Shown: in pieces, positions 54,499-63,115 of the stretch
How positions within the stretch are numbered: the stretch's first letter is position 1
How the letters are laid out: each line of letters opens with the position of its first letter
Assembly: GCA_016190005.1 (NCBI GenBank)
Contig: JACPRK010000170.1
Coordinates: 1,877-65,876, forward strand
DNA: 64,000 nucleotides
DNA from: Candidatus Wallbacteria bacterium
Lineage (GTDB): Bacteria > Muiribacteriota > UBA6191 > JACPRK01
Direction of reading: 5' to 3'
The notes under the pieces: model-generated
The model's database searches: none
The model's input: the letters and a program-made list of their open reading frames with translations, nothing else
What the model was told of the DNA's origin: nothing
Translations under genes and position numbers: made by a program

Positions 54499-54783
54499 TC
54501 ATGCCCCCGGGTGGCGCGGCGCGCCGGCTGTCATGCCGGGCTCGTAGTTTCGATACGCCCGCACAATCAGAAATGCCGCCGCGCCGAAGACCCCGTAGAT
54601 TGCCCCGAGCATGAAGAAGATGCTGGTGTTGATTCCCTTCGAGTAGTCCCCGGCCTGCTCCGGCGGTTTTACATTGCCCTTCTCGTCGACCAGGACCGCG
54701 GCCTTGCAGTTGGGGCACGCAGCCGCCGGCGCCGCCGTTCCAAGCGCCGCGATCAAGGTGACTATCCAGAGCCGCTTCATCAT
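54499..54783 (-). CDS. Small exported/membrane protein with a CPNC motif (unknown function)
   Basis: 94 aa: signal peptide, CPNC directly after the predicted cleavage site, and one C-terminal TM helix (IFFMLGAIYGVFGAAAFLIV). Embedded in the cox operon. Confidence 0.5.
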   Translation of the reverse strand: MMKRLWIVTLIAALGTAAPAAACPNCKAAVLVDEKGNVKPPEQAGDYSKGINTSIFFMLGAIYGVFGAAAFLIVRAYRNYEPGMTAGAPRHPGA

Positions 54784-54792
54784 TCGAGTCGC

Positions 54793-55221
54793 TCAGGCGG
54801 GCCGGAACCCGTGATAGAGCATCCAGTAGACCGTCACGCCGGTTACCGACACATAAAGCCACACGGGCAGCGCCCAGCGGGCCACGCGCCGGTGACGGTC
54901 GAATTCGCCCCGCGCCGCACGTGCCAGAGCCGTGAGGATCAGCGGGACCACCGCCGCCGCCAGGATCGTGTGAGTCAGCAGGATGGTGAAGTAGACCGGC
55001 CGGATCCATCCCTGACCGGTAAACCGCGTGGAGCCGAAGTTCCAGTGGTAGAAAAGGTAGGAGGCCAGGAAAGCCACCGAAGCGCCGAAGGCCGAGAGCA
55101 TGAAGGCGCGGTGGACGCGGACGTTCTTCCGGCGAATGGAGACGAACCCGCCACAGAGGCAGAGCGCCGCCGTGGCGTTGAGGCCTGCGTTGAGCGAGGG
55201 CAGCCAGGTCAGCTCCATCAC
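54793..55221 (-). CDS. DUF420 membrane protein (CtaM-like)
   Basis: LNATAALCLCGGFVSIRRKNVRVHRAFMLSAF...THTILAAAVVPL...HRRVARWALPVWLYVSVTGV is the DUF420 pattern. Confidence 0.8.
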   Translation of the reverse strand: MMELTWLPSLNAGLNATAALCLCGGFVSIRRKNVRVHRAFMLSAFGASVAFLASYLFYHWNFGSTRFTGQGWIRPVYFTILLTHTILAAAVVPLILTALARAARGEFDRHRRVARWALPVWLYVSVTGVTVYWMLYHGFRPA

Positions 55222-55889
55222 GGCGTCCCCTCTGCGCTCACGCGGACCGTATCGGCCAGGAGCCGCTCCACCGCGGCGTCCTCCGTCGCGTCATAGTACC
55301 CGCGCACCCGCGCCTGACCGTCGACCAGGATGAGCCTGGTGCTGTGCAAGAGCGGCATCGTCTCCGTCCCCTTCACGTCCGGGCCGTTCTTCTCGACGCC
55401 CAGCTTGAAGCCTTCCTTGGAGAGACTGAAGATCTCCTTCTCGACGCCTGTGAAAAAAATCCACCGGTCGGGCTGGGCACCCACGCTCTTGGCGTAGCTG
55501 GCCAGCCGCTCGGGCGTGTCGTGAGCCGGGTCGACGCTGATGGTCGCCAGACGCACCGAGGAGCTCGTCGCCAGCCGCTTCTGCAGACTGGCCATCCGCT
55601 GGGCCATCAGCGGACAGGGCCCGGAGCACCGCGTGAACACGAAGTCGAAGATCCACGTGCGGCCGGCCATGTCCTTCTTCGAGAACTTCCGGCCGTTCTG
55701 ATCCACCAGGGAGAACTCGGGCAAGGTCGACAGTTCCGGCATCCGTTCCGCCGCCCGCGCGTTGACGACCACCCGCTCCCGTGTCTGGACACCCCAGAGC
55801 ACGATGCCCGATCCGCCGACTGCGAAAAGCAGCAGCGCCACCGGGTGCAGCCAGGAGCTCGCCGGAGCCTTTGCGTCTGCTGCGTTCAT
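55218..55889 (-). CDS. sco: SCO1/SenC family copper chaperone
   Basis: FVFTRCSGPCPLM (CxxxC) and a thioredoxin-like fold with an N-terminal TM anchor. Start taken as the ATG at 55889 (ATGA overlap with the small ORF). Alternative ATG at 55901. Confidence 0.85.
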   Translation of the reverse strand: MNAADAKAPASSWLHPVALLLFAVGGSGIVLWGVQTRERVVVNARAAERMPELSTLPEFSLVDQNGRKFSKKDMAGRTWIFDFVFTRCSGPCPLMAQRMASLQKRLATSSSVRLATISVDPAHDTPERLASYAKSVGAQPDRWIFFTGVEKEIFSLSKEGFKLGVEKNGPDVKGTETMPLLHSTRLILVDGQARVRGYYDATEDAAVERLLADTVRVSAEGTP

Positions 55890-56023
55890 CGTCCCCACCA
55901 TCCCAGCAGGATGAACCCGAGCGAGCCCAGGAAGAGGGTCACGCTCACGGCCGTCAACGCAAGCCCCGTGCGGCGCACACGCGAGGCCGTACCGTGGTCC
56001 CGAGCCGCGACCGCGCCGATCAT
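55886..56023 (-). CDS. Candidate 45-aa single-TM small protein between ctaB and sco
   Basis: MIGAVAARDHGTASRVRRTGLALTAVSVTLFLGSLGFILLGWWGR. Its ATG overlaps the ctaB stop (ATGA at 56020..56023) and its stop overlaps the ATG at 55889 (ATGA). Confidence 0.3.
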   Translation of the reverse strand: MIGAVAARDHGTASRVRRTGLALTAVSVTLFLGSLGFILLGWWGR

Positions 56024-56940
56024 CGCGCCACCCCGTCCAGCATCAGGACCGTCAGAAGCACGGGCAGATAGACCAGCGACGCCAGGAACATTCCGCGCGC
56101 GGCCTGCGTCGTCCGCACCCACGCCAGCCGTCCGGCCGCGGCGGTGTACGCCAGGCTCAACACGAGCGCCGTGAAGAAGTACCACGCGCCAGCGAATCCC
56201 AGCACCGACGGCAGAAGACTCACAGGCAAGAGCGCCAGACAGTGCAGCACCGCCTGCCGGCCCGCGCTGCCGCCCTCGGGATCGACGACTGTCAACATCG
56301 GGAATCCGCCGCGCTCGTAGTCTTCCCGGCGCATCCAGGCGATGGCCAGGAAGTGCGGCAACTGCCAGAGGAAGAGGATCGAGAACAGGACCCACGTCCC
56401 GGGCTCGATCTGGTTGGTGGCCGCGGTCCAACCCATGGCCGGCGGCAGCGCGCCGGGAAGCGCGCCGGCAATCGTGCAGAGCCCCGTGGTCTTCTTGAGC
56501 GGCGTGTAGACGAAGAGATAGCTGACGACCGCCACGACCCCCAAGAGCGACGTGAGCGCGTTGGTGCCCGCAATCAGCAGGAACATCCCGAGCGCGGTCA
56601 GCGCCATCCCGAAGATGGCGCTCTCGAATGGCTGCAGCCGCCCCGAGGGGATGGGCCGAGTGCGCGTCCGCTCCATGCGCGCGTCGAGCTCGTGTTCCAT
56701 CACCATGTTGAGCGCGCACCCGCCGGCGGCCAGCAGCGTCGTCCCGCCGAGCGCCGCCACCAGCTGCGGGAGGTCAGAGGCACCTCGAGCCCCGGCGCCC
56801 GACATGTAGCCGACCAGCGCGGTCAGCGAGACCAGGCTGGTCAGACGAGGCTTCGTCAGCTCGACGAAATCGCGCACGCTCGCCGCTCCCCCCACCCTGG
56901 GGAGCGCTACCTCAGGCTTGGCGATGCTCAGGCTGTTCAA
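56020..56940 (-). CDS. ctaB: Protoheme IX farnesyltransferase (heme O synthase)
   Basis: ELTKPRLTSLV...DARMERTRTRPIPSGR...YTPLKKTT; UbiA-family polytopic protein. The TTG start overlaps the ctaA stop. Confidence 0.9.
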   Translation of the reverse strand: MNSLSIAKPEVALPRVGGAASVRDFVELTKPRLTSLVSLTALVGYMSGAGARGASDLPQLVAALGGTTLLAAGGCALNMVMEHELDARMERTRTRPIPSGRLQPFESAIFGMALTALGMFLLIAGTNALTSLLGVVAVVSYLFVYTPLKKTTGLCTIAGALPGALPPAMGWTAATNQIEPGTWVLFSILFLWQLPHFLAIAWMRREDYERGGFPMLTVVDPEGGSAGRQAVLHCLALLPVSLLPSVLGFAGAWYFFTALVLSLAYTAAAGRLAWVRTTQAARGMFLASLVYLPVLLTVLMLDGVAR

Positions 56941-57941
56941 GCTGTCGCCTCCGTGAGACTACCCTGGGCCACCGGCGCGGCCGGCGTTTGCCGAAGCGCC
57001 CGGAACGTGGCCAGCGTCATCAGGTAAGCGGTGACGAGCGTCAGCGCGCCCGTGGCCACGTGGGCCGCGGTCATCTCGACGGCGCGCTCGGACCAGATCA
57101 CGTACCCGCCCAGCAAGATCTGCCCGGACACGATGACCAAGAGCGCAACGGCCGGAAGAAGCACCGGGCCCAGCCCGTGGTCCGGCCGGCGCCTGGCCTG
57201 CGCCAGCTCCAGGTCCCCGAACAGCCTCACCGCCGTCGCCACGGCCAAAAGCGCCACGAGCACGGCACCGACCCGGTGCGCGAAATGGATGCCGACATAG
57301 AAGGAATCGATGTCCGGAATCCACTTGCCGTCGGCCAGGGGGAAGGTCCTGATCGAAAGCCCTGCGCCGTAGTGGCGTACCAGAGCGCCCAGGAGAATTT
57401 GCAGGTAGACGACGGCGGTCAGAAGCGCACACTGAAGCTGCAAACCCAGCGCGCTCGCCGACGGCAACGGGCCCTCGGCGCGACGCCACCAGCCCGACGT
57501 CACCAGCGCCATCGTGGCCGCCACGCAGAAGAAGATTTCCGCAAGACCGGCGTGCGCGATGCTCACGATCGGCGGAAGCTTCAGCAGGACGGTCATCCCG
57601 CCCAGGCATCCCTGCGTGAGGATGATGGCCAGCGAAATCGTGCTGAGCCTGCGGACCCAGCGGCGCGATTCAGTCCGGTGAATCCAGACGACCAGCCCGA
57701 TCGTCAGGAGCCCGACGAAAGTCGCCACCATCCGGTGCCCGTGCTCGAAGAAGACGCCGCCGACCATCTCCGGCATCAGCCGGCCAAAGGAGAGCGGCCA
57801 GTCAGGCACGGCCAGGCCGGAGCCCGTGCTCTTCACAAGGGCACCGGCGACGATCAACAGGAAGGTGCAGACGGCGGTCAGCACCGCATAGCGGTGCATC
57901 CACGCGAGCGAGGGCGATTTGGGCGAAGACTGCTCGGACAT
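56937..57941 (-). CDS. ctaA: Heme A synthase (COX15/CtaA)
   Basis: Eight TM helices with conserved His pairs (EHGHRMVATFVGLL, GIHFAHRVGAVL). Confidence 0.85.
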   Translation of the reverse strand: MSEQSSPKSPSLAWMHRYAVLTAVCTFLLIVAGALVKSTGSGLAVPDWPLSFGRLMPEMVGGVFFEHGHRMVATFVGLLTIGLVVWIHRTESRRWVRRLSTISLAIILTQGCLGGMTVLLKLPPIVSIAHAGLAEIFFCVAATMALVTSGWWRRAEGPLPSASALGLQLQCALLTAVVYLQILLGALVRHYGAGLSIRTFPLADGKWIPDIDSFYVGIHFAHRVGAVLVALLAVATAVRLFGDLELAQARRRPDHGLGPVLLPAVALLVIVSGQILLGGYVIWSERAVEMTAAHVATGALTLVTAYLMTLATFRALRQTPAAPVAQGSLTEATA

Positions 57942-57956
57942 CTCTTCTCTTTGGGG

Positions 57957-59750
57957 TCAGGCCGACCGGGGCGGCGCGGACTGCACGATGTAGTCCGACT
58001 CCATCCCGGGAACGCTGAATTCGTACGGCGGGTGATGGACAGTGGGGATCTGGAGGTAATTGTAGTAGGGCGGCGGGGACGCCGTCGTCCACTCCAGCGT
58101 TGTCGCCTCCCAGGGATTCTCGCCGACGCGCTCGCCTCTCAGGAGGCTGACGGCGATGTTGGCAATCACGATGAACTGGCTGAAGCCGAGCACGACTGCG
58201 AACATCGTGATGTAGACGTTCCAGCTCTGAAGCGGCGCCAGGTGCTGATAGATGGTCGGGTCGGCGATGCGCCGCATCATGCCGCCGATGCCGAGGATGT
58301 GCATCGGGAAGAAGACGCCGTTGAAGCTGATGAACGAGAGCCAGAAGTGGACCTTGCCCCAGAATTCGCTCATTTTCCGGCCCGTCACCTTCGGGAACCA
58401 GTAATAGAGCCCGGCGAAGATCCCGAACACGCTGCCGCCGAACACCACGTAGTGGATGTGGGCGACGACGTAGTAGGTGTCGTGGAAGAAGATGTCCACC
58501 GGCGTGGCCGCCAGGAACACGCCCGAGAGGCCGCCGATGATGAACATGCTGACGAACGCCAGACAGCAGAGCATCGGGGTGGTGAACCGGATAGAGCCGC
58601 CGTAGAGGCTGCCGAGCCAGTTGAAGACCTTCACCGAGGACGGCGTCGCGATGACCATCGTGGCGACCATGAAGCTGGTGGCCACGTACGGGTTCATGCC
58701 GGCCTGGAACATGTGGTGTCCCCAGACGATGAACCCGAGCCCGGCGATCGCCGCCATCGAGTAGGCCATCGCCTTGTAGCCGAAGATCGGCTTGCGCGTA
58801 AAGGTCGGGATGATGTCGCTCACCAGACCCATCGCCGGAAGCACCAGAATGTAGACGGCGGGGTGCGAGTAGAACCAGAAGAGGTGCTGGAAGAGCAGCG
58901 GGTTGCCGCCGCCGGCCTGAGCGATGGCCTGGCCGCCCACATTGACGCCCGCGGGGAGGAAGAAGCTGGTGCCGAGGAGCTTGTCGAAGAGGAGCAGGAT
59001 GCTCGCCGCGGCCAGCACCGGAGTGGCCAGCACCTGGAGCACCGACGTGATGAAGAGCGCCCAGACCGACAGGGGCATCCGGGTCAAGGACATCCCGGGC
59101 GCCCGCAGGTTGATGATAGTCGTCAGGTAGTTGATGCCACCCATGATGGAGGACCATCCGACACAGAAGATGGAGAGCAGCCAGAGCGTCTGACCGGTGC
59201 CGGAGCCCGGCGAGGCCTGGGGCAGAGCGGAGAGAGGAGGGTAGCTGGTCCAGCCGGCGCCGGGACCGCCCGCTTCGGTGAGGAACGCCATGATGATGAG
59301 AATGCCCGCAGGGACGGCGACCCAGTAGCTCAGCATGTTGAGCAGGGGGAACGCCATGTCGCGCGCGCCTATCTTGAGCGGGATCAGGTAGTTGCCGAAA
59401 GCGCCGGTCAGGAGCGGGATGATGACGAAGAAGACCATCACCGTGCCGTGCATGGTGACCAAGGTCGGGTACGACTCCGGCGGCATCGTGTTGCCGGGTG
59501 CGCTCGCATAGATGACCTTGCCCAGCCCGAACGGAAGCGGCTGGAAGGGAAAAGCGATCTGCCATCGCAAGAGGAGCGCGAACAGCCCGCCCACAAGGAA
59601 CATCGTGAAGCCCATGCAGAAGAACTGGACTGCGATGACTTTGTGGTCGGTGCTGAAAACATACTTGGTCAGGAAGTTCGACGGGGGTGGATGGATGTGA
59701 TCCTCTCCGTGCCCGTGATCGTGCCCGTGTCCGTTGGGTGCGCTTTCCAT
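57957..59750 (-). CDS. ctaD: Cytochrome c oxidase subunit I
   Basis: WFYSHPAVYILVLPAMG, VWGHHMF and HDTYYVVAHIHYV, the canonical heme-copper oxidase A-type signatures. 597 aa. Confidence 0.95.
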   Translation of the reverse strand: MESAPNGHGHDHGHGEDHIHPPPSNFLTKYVFSTDHKVIAVQFFCMGFTMFLVGGLFALLLRWQIAFPFQPLPFGLGKVIYASAPGNTMPPESYPTLVTMHGTVMVFFVIIPLLTGAFGNYLIPLKIGARDMAFPLLNMLSYWVAVPAGILIIMAFLTEAGGPGAGWTSYPPLSALPQASPGSGTGQTLWLLSIFCVGWSSIMGGINYLTTIINLRAPGMSLTRMPLSVWALFITSVLQVLATPVLAAASILLLFDKLLGTSFFLPAGVNVGGQAIAQAGGGNPLLFQHLFWFYSHPAVYILVLPAMGLVSDIIPTFTRKPIFGYKAMAYSMAAIAGLGFIVWGHHMFQAGMNPYVATSFMVATMVIATPSSVKVFNWLGSLYGGSIRFTTPMLCCLAFVSMFIIGGLSGVFLAATPVDIFFHDTYYVVAHIHYVVFGGSVFGIFAGLYYWFPKVTGRKMSEFWGKVHFWLSFISFNGVFFPMHILGIGGMMRRIADPTIYQHLAPLQSWNVYITMFAVVLGFSQFIVIANIAVSLLRGERVGENPWEATTLEWTTASPPPYYNYLQIPTVHHPPYEFSVPGMESDYIVQSAPPRSA

Positions 59751-59859
59751 GGTTTGTTGCCTCCGGAACTTCCGGTCCGGTCAGGACCGGGATGCCCTGT
59801 GAGTGTGCCGAGGGTCGTCGCTGCGCCTGCCCAGGGCGCGCTCCACCGACGGCGTCCGG

Positions 59860-60666
59860 CTACTCGTCTTCCTTCTCCGTCTGAATCCAGTTCAAGACCT
59901 GCGGCAGCGGCTCGATGGTGACCGAGCCGCGCATGCGGTAGTGACCCAGCCCGCAGAGCTCGGCGCAAGCGATCTCCGTCTTGGCGGCCCGGGAAGCTTC
60001 GAACCAGATTTCCGTCTCCAGCCCGGGAACGGCGTCCTGCTTCACCCGCAACTCCGGCAGGAAGAAGCTGTGGATGACGTCCTGGGCCGTGAGCCGCACG
60101 CGGACCGGCTTGTCGTAGGGGACGTGCAGGTCGTTGATGGTCTCGTAGTCGTCCTCGGTGCCGAAGAGCCCGTCCTTGCCCGGATAGCGGATGAGCCACT
60201 CGAACTGCCGTCCCGTGACCTTGACGGTGAACGCGTCCTTCGGGAAGAGGTTTCGGTCCTTCATGCGTGCCCACATGTCAGCGCTGGTCACGCCCAGGAC
60301 GACGAAGATGACGACCGGCAGCAAGGTCCAGCCGACCTCCAGGCCCATGTGGCCGTGAGAGTAGTGCGCCCTCTTGCCCGGCTGCGCCCTGTACTTCCAG
60401 AGGAAGAACAGCAGAAGTCCCTCGGTCAGGAAGAAGACGGCGCCCGTGACATAGAGGATCTTGTCGTAGAGGCCCTGAAGCTCGGCGCCGTGCTTGGAGA
60501 GGTCCGGCGGCCAATCGCCGAACCGGTACGTCCGCGGCGCCGGCGCCGCGGCGGGAGCCGTCGCGTCCGCAAAGGCGGGAGCGGCGACGGCCGTCAGTAC
60601 GGCCGCAATGGAAAAGGCCAGCGCGAGCGCGAGTCTCGGTCGCAGCCTTGGCGTGCCCAGCGTCAT
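59860..60666 (-). CDS. ctaC: Cytochrome c oxidase subunit II (no fused cytochrome c domain)
   Basis: Cu_A site DVIHSF...CAELCGLGHYRM. Two TM helices. AAGGAGG upstream of the ATG at 60666. Confidence 0.9.
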   Translation of the reverse strand: MTLGTPRLRPRLALALAFSIAAVLTAVAAPAFADATAPAAAPAPRTYRFGDWPPDLSKHGAELQGLYDKILYVTGAVFFLTEGLLLFFLWKYRAQPGKRAHYSHGHMGLEVGWTLLPVVIFVVLGVTSADMWARMKDRNLFPKDAFTVKVTGRQFEWLIRYPGKDGLFGTEDDYETINDLHVPYDKPVRVRLTAQDVIHSFFLPELRVKQDAVPGLETEIWFEASRAAKTEIACAELCGLGHYRMRGSVTIEPLPQVLNWIQTEKEDE

Positions 60667-60828
60667 CCCGGGGTCCTCCTTGTTGCGGTCCGCGTGCCAT
60701 CCGGCTGAACCGGCGAGAGCTGCCTCTCTCGAGCCGGGAGCTAGACGGCCGTCCGGGCCGCGATGCCCTGTGTCGTGAAACCGAACGAGCATCCGGCGAT
60801 TGCTCGCCGGATGCTCGCGTTGTAAACC

Positions 60829-61560
60829 TTACTTCCCGGCGTCCTTTGCGGGAGCCTTGAAGGTGAAGGTCACGGGGGCGCCACCTGCCGCCTCGACCTT
60901 CACCTTCGCCGACTGGGTCCCACAGACCTCCTGCCAGGCCTCCAGGTCGTACTCGCCCGGAGGCAAGTTGTCGATCTTGAAGGCACCCTTGTCGTCGGTC
61001 ACCGCGAAGTACGGGTGCTCCACGACGCAGGCGTAGGACTTCATCCAGCCGTGCACGTCACACTTGAGCGGCACGCCGAGCTGCGCCTTCTGGAACTTCT
61101 GGGTCAGCGGCTGCCCGTTGCCCGGCTGACCCATGTTGAACGTGTTTCCGGGCTCGCCGAAGGCATGAATGTTGTGCAACACGCCGTTGTCGCTGTTCAG
61201 GATCTTCAGGGTCTGGCCAACCCGGATACCGAACACGTGCGGCTTGTACTGGCAGCCGATCTGGTCGATCGTGACCTCGCCAGTCGCCGCCGCGGCGCCG
61301 GCCGGAGCGTTCTTGACGTAGACGAACACGTTCGCCAGGCTCTTGCCGTCGGCGCCGATCACGACGTCTTCCTGGCGCATCGGCTCCTTGTGGTGCTTCT
61401 CGCAGGACTGCTCCTGCGCCATCTTGATCTTCTTCATCTTGGGGGCCGGGCCGTCGAGCACGCACGTGCCGCTGACGCTGCCCTGGGCACTGGCGATTCC
61501 GAGGGTACAAAGAGCAACTCCACCCGCGATCGCCAGTTGACGCAAATTCCTGAGATTCAT
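60829..61560 (-). CDS. Secreted cupredoxin (type-1 copper, plastocyanin/azurin-like) protein
   Basis: Signal peptide. Candidate ligand set LHNIH ... CDVHGWM (C-x2-H-x2-M). C-terminal Ig/carboxypeptidase-regulatory-like beta domain (FKIDNLPPGEYDLEAW). Confidence 0.75.
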   Translation of the reverse strand: MNLRNLRQLAIAGGVALCTLGIASAQGSVSGTCVLDGPAPKMKKIKMAQEQSCEKHHKEPMRQEDVVIGADGKSLANVFVYVKNAPAGAAAATGEVTIDQIGCQYKPHVFGIRVGQTLKILNSDNGVLHNIHAFGEPGNTFNMGQPGNGQPLTQKFQKAQLGVPLKCDVHGWMKSYACVVEHPYFAVTDDKGAFKIDNLPPGEYDLEAWQEVCGTQSAKVKVEAAGGAPVTFTFKAPAKDAGK

Positions 61561-61727
61561 CGTCCGACTTTCCTCCTGTCGTTCACCATCCGGTCCACGG
61601 ACCTCACGCGCGCGAATCTTACAGAGCCCAATCTGCAGAGTCAACGGGATTCGGCGACCCGGGTCACGGCTGAGCGGCGTCGCTCCCCCGCTGCCCGAGA
61701 GGCTGGTCACGCCAAGCGGTCGCCGGT

Positions 61728-63053
61728 ATGCTGGCCGGCATGCCTTCCGACCTCGTCTACCAGATCTTCCCCGACCGTTGGCGGCGCGAGGCCCCCGAGC
61801 CTCGTGTGGCCGGCGGGGCCTGGCACTGGCGGAATCACCCCATCCGCTTTTCGTCCGACCCGCGCCAGCTGACGGTCAACCCGAGCGACCAGTACACGTT
61901 CTACGGCGGGGACCTGGCCGGTGTGACCGCGAGCCTGCCGTACCTGCAAGAGCTGGGTGTCGGCACTCTCTATCTCACCCCGATCTTCCAGGCACGCAGC
62001 ACGCACCGTTACGACGCCGTCGACTACGGCGCCATCGACCCGATCCTGGGGACACGCGCGGACTTCTCGGAGCTCGCCACCCGGCTCAGGGCGGGCGGCA
62101 TCCGGCTCTTTCTGGACGGCGTCTTCAACCACACCTCGGAGGACCATCCCTGGCATCGTGACGCAGCGCGTCGCGGCCGCTTCTACGTCCCGGACGCAGC
62201 CGGAGGCACCATGACATGGCAGGGCGGCGGCACCCTGCCGAAACTGGATATCCAACGGCCCGCCGTGGCGCGCGAGATCGTGCGGGTCCTGGACGCCTGG
62301 CCCGAGGCCGACGGCTGGCGACTGGACGCAGCGCACCTGCTGCCTCAGGCCTTCCTGGCCAGGCTACGCAAGCATGCCCACCCGCGCCCGATCGTGGTCG
62401 AAGACTGGTTCTACGCCCGCCACTACCTGGCCCGCGGCCTGGCCGACGGCGTGACGAACATGCTCTTCCGCGAGGCGATGCGCAGCTACTTCCGGGAGGA
62501 CTGCTCCCCGGAGACGCTCTTCGAGCGGCTCGGCCTCTACATCGACCGCTACCCGCGCCGCGCCATGGCGCACACGTGGAATCTGCTCGACAACCACGAC
62601 CTGCCTCGCTTTCGCTCGCTCGTCGGCCGGGACCGGCTGTTCCGGGCGTTGGTGCTGCTCTTCACGCTCCCTGGGACACCGCTCCTGTATCAGGGGACGG
62701 AGATCGGCATGGAAGGCAAGACCGAGGGCGAATCGCGCAGCCCCATGATCTGGGACCGGAGGCGCTGGGACCTGGAGCTCCTGGCGCACGTGCGCGAGCT
62801 GAACGCGCTGCGGCGCGAAAACCCGGTCCTGATGCGGGGTTCCTTCGTCCGGCTCGCAGCGGACAACCGTTCGCGGACGCTGGTCTTCGAGCGCAGGACA
62901 ACCTCGGCGCGGGCCGTCGTGGGCGTGAACGACGGCCACCACGCGTTTCGTTACCGGGGTGACGACTTCCGGATGGACCTGCCACCCGGCTGCTGGCAAC
63001 TGCTGATCGAGTCCCGCGGCATTGGCCGTCGGATCTGGCCGCACGAGCCATGA
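61728..63053 (+). CDS. GH13 alpha-amylase family glycoside hydrolase
   Basis: Conserved regions I DGVFNHTS, II GWRLDAAHLL, III VVEDW, IV LLDNHDLPRF, plus VYQIFPDRW at the N-terminus. Confidence 0.85.
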   Translation: MLAGMPSDLVYQIFPDRWRREAPEPRVAGGAWHWRNHPIRFSSDPRQLTVNPSDQYTFYGGDLAGVTASLPYLQELGVGTLYLTPIFQARSTHRYDAVDYGAIDPILGTRADFSELATRLRAGGIRLFLDGVFNHTSEDHPWHRDAARRGRFYVPDAAGGTMTWQGGGTLPKLDIQRPAVAREIVRVLDAWPEADGWRLDAAHLLPQAFLARLRKHAHPRPIVVEDWFYARHYLARGLADGVTNMLFREAMRSYFREDCSPETLFERLGLYIDRYPRRAMAHTWNLLDNHDLPRFRSLVGRDRLFRALVLLFTLPGTPLLYQGTEIGMEGKTEGESRSPMIWDRRRWDLELLAHVRELNALRRENPVLMRGSFVRLAADNRSRTLVFERRTTSARAVVGVNDGHHAFRYRGDDFRMDLPPGCWQLLIESRGIGRRIWPHEP

Positions 63054-63115
63054 ACGTGCTAAGCTCGATGCCCGCTTTCGACCCGGCGTCGAAGCATGAC
63101 AAGGAGTGCCCGGAG

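Noticed and set aside
56988-59921. 977-aa + strand ORF antisense to ctaA/ctaD, and similar long ORFs (47967..49520, 25800..27377, 21851..22987, 37527..38495, 31434..32843)
   Set aside because: All lie antisense to, or out of frame with, genes that have unmistakable family signatures. Their translations are R/G/P/D/E-rich and motif-free.
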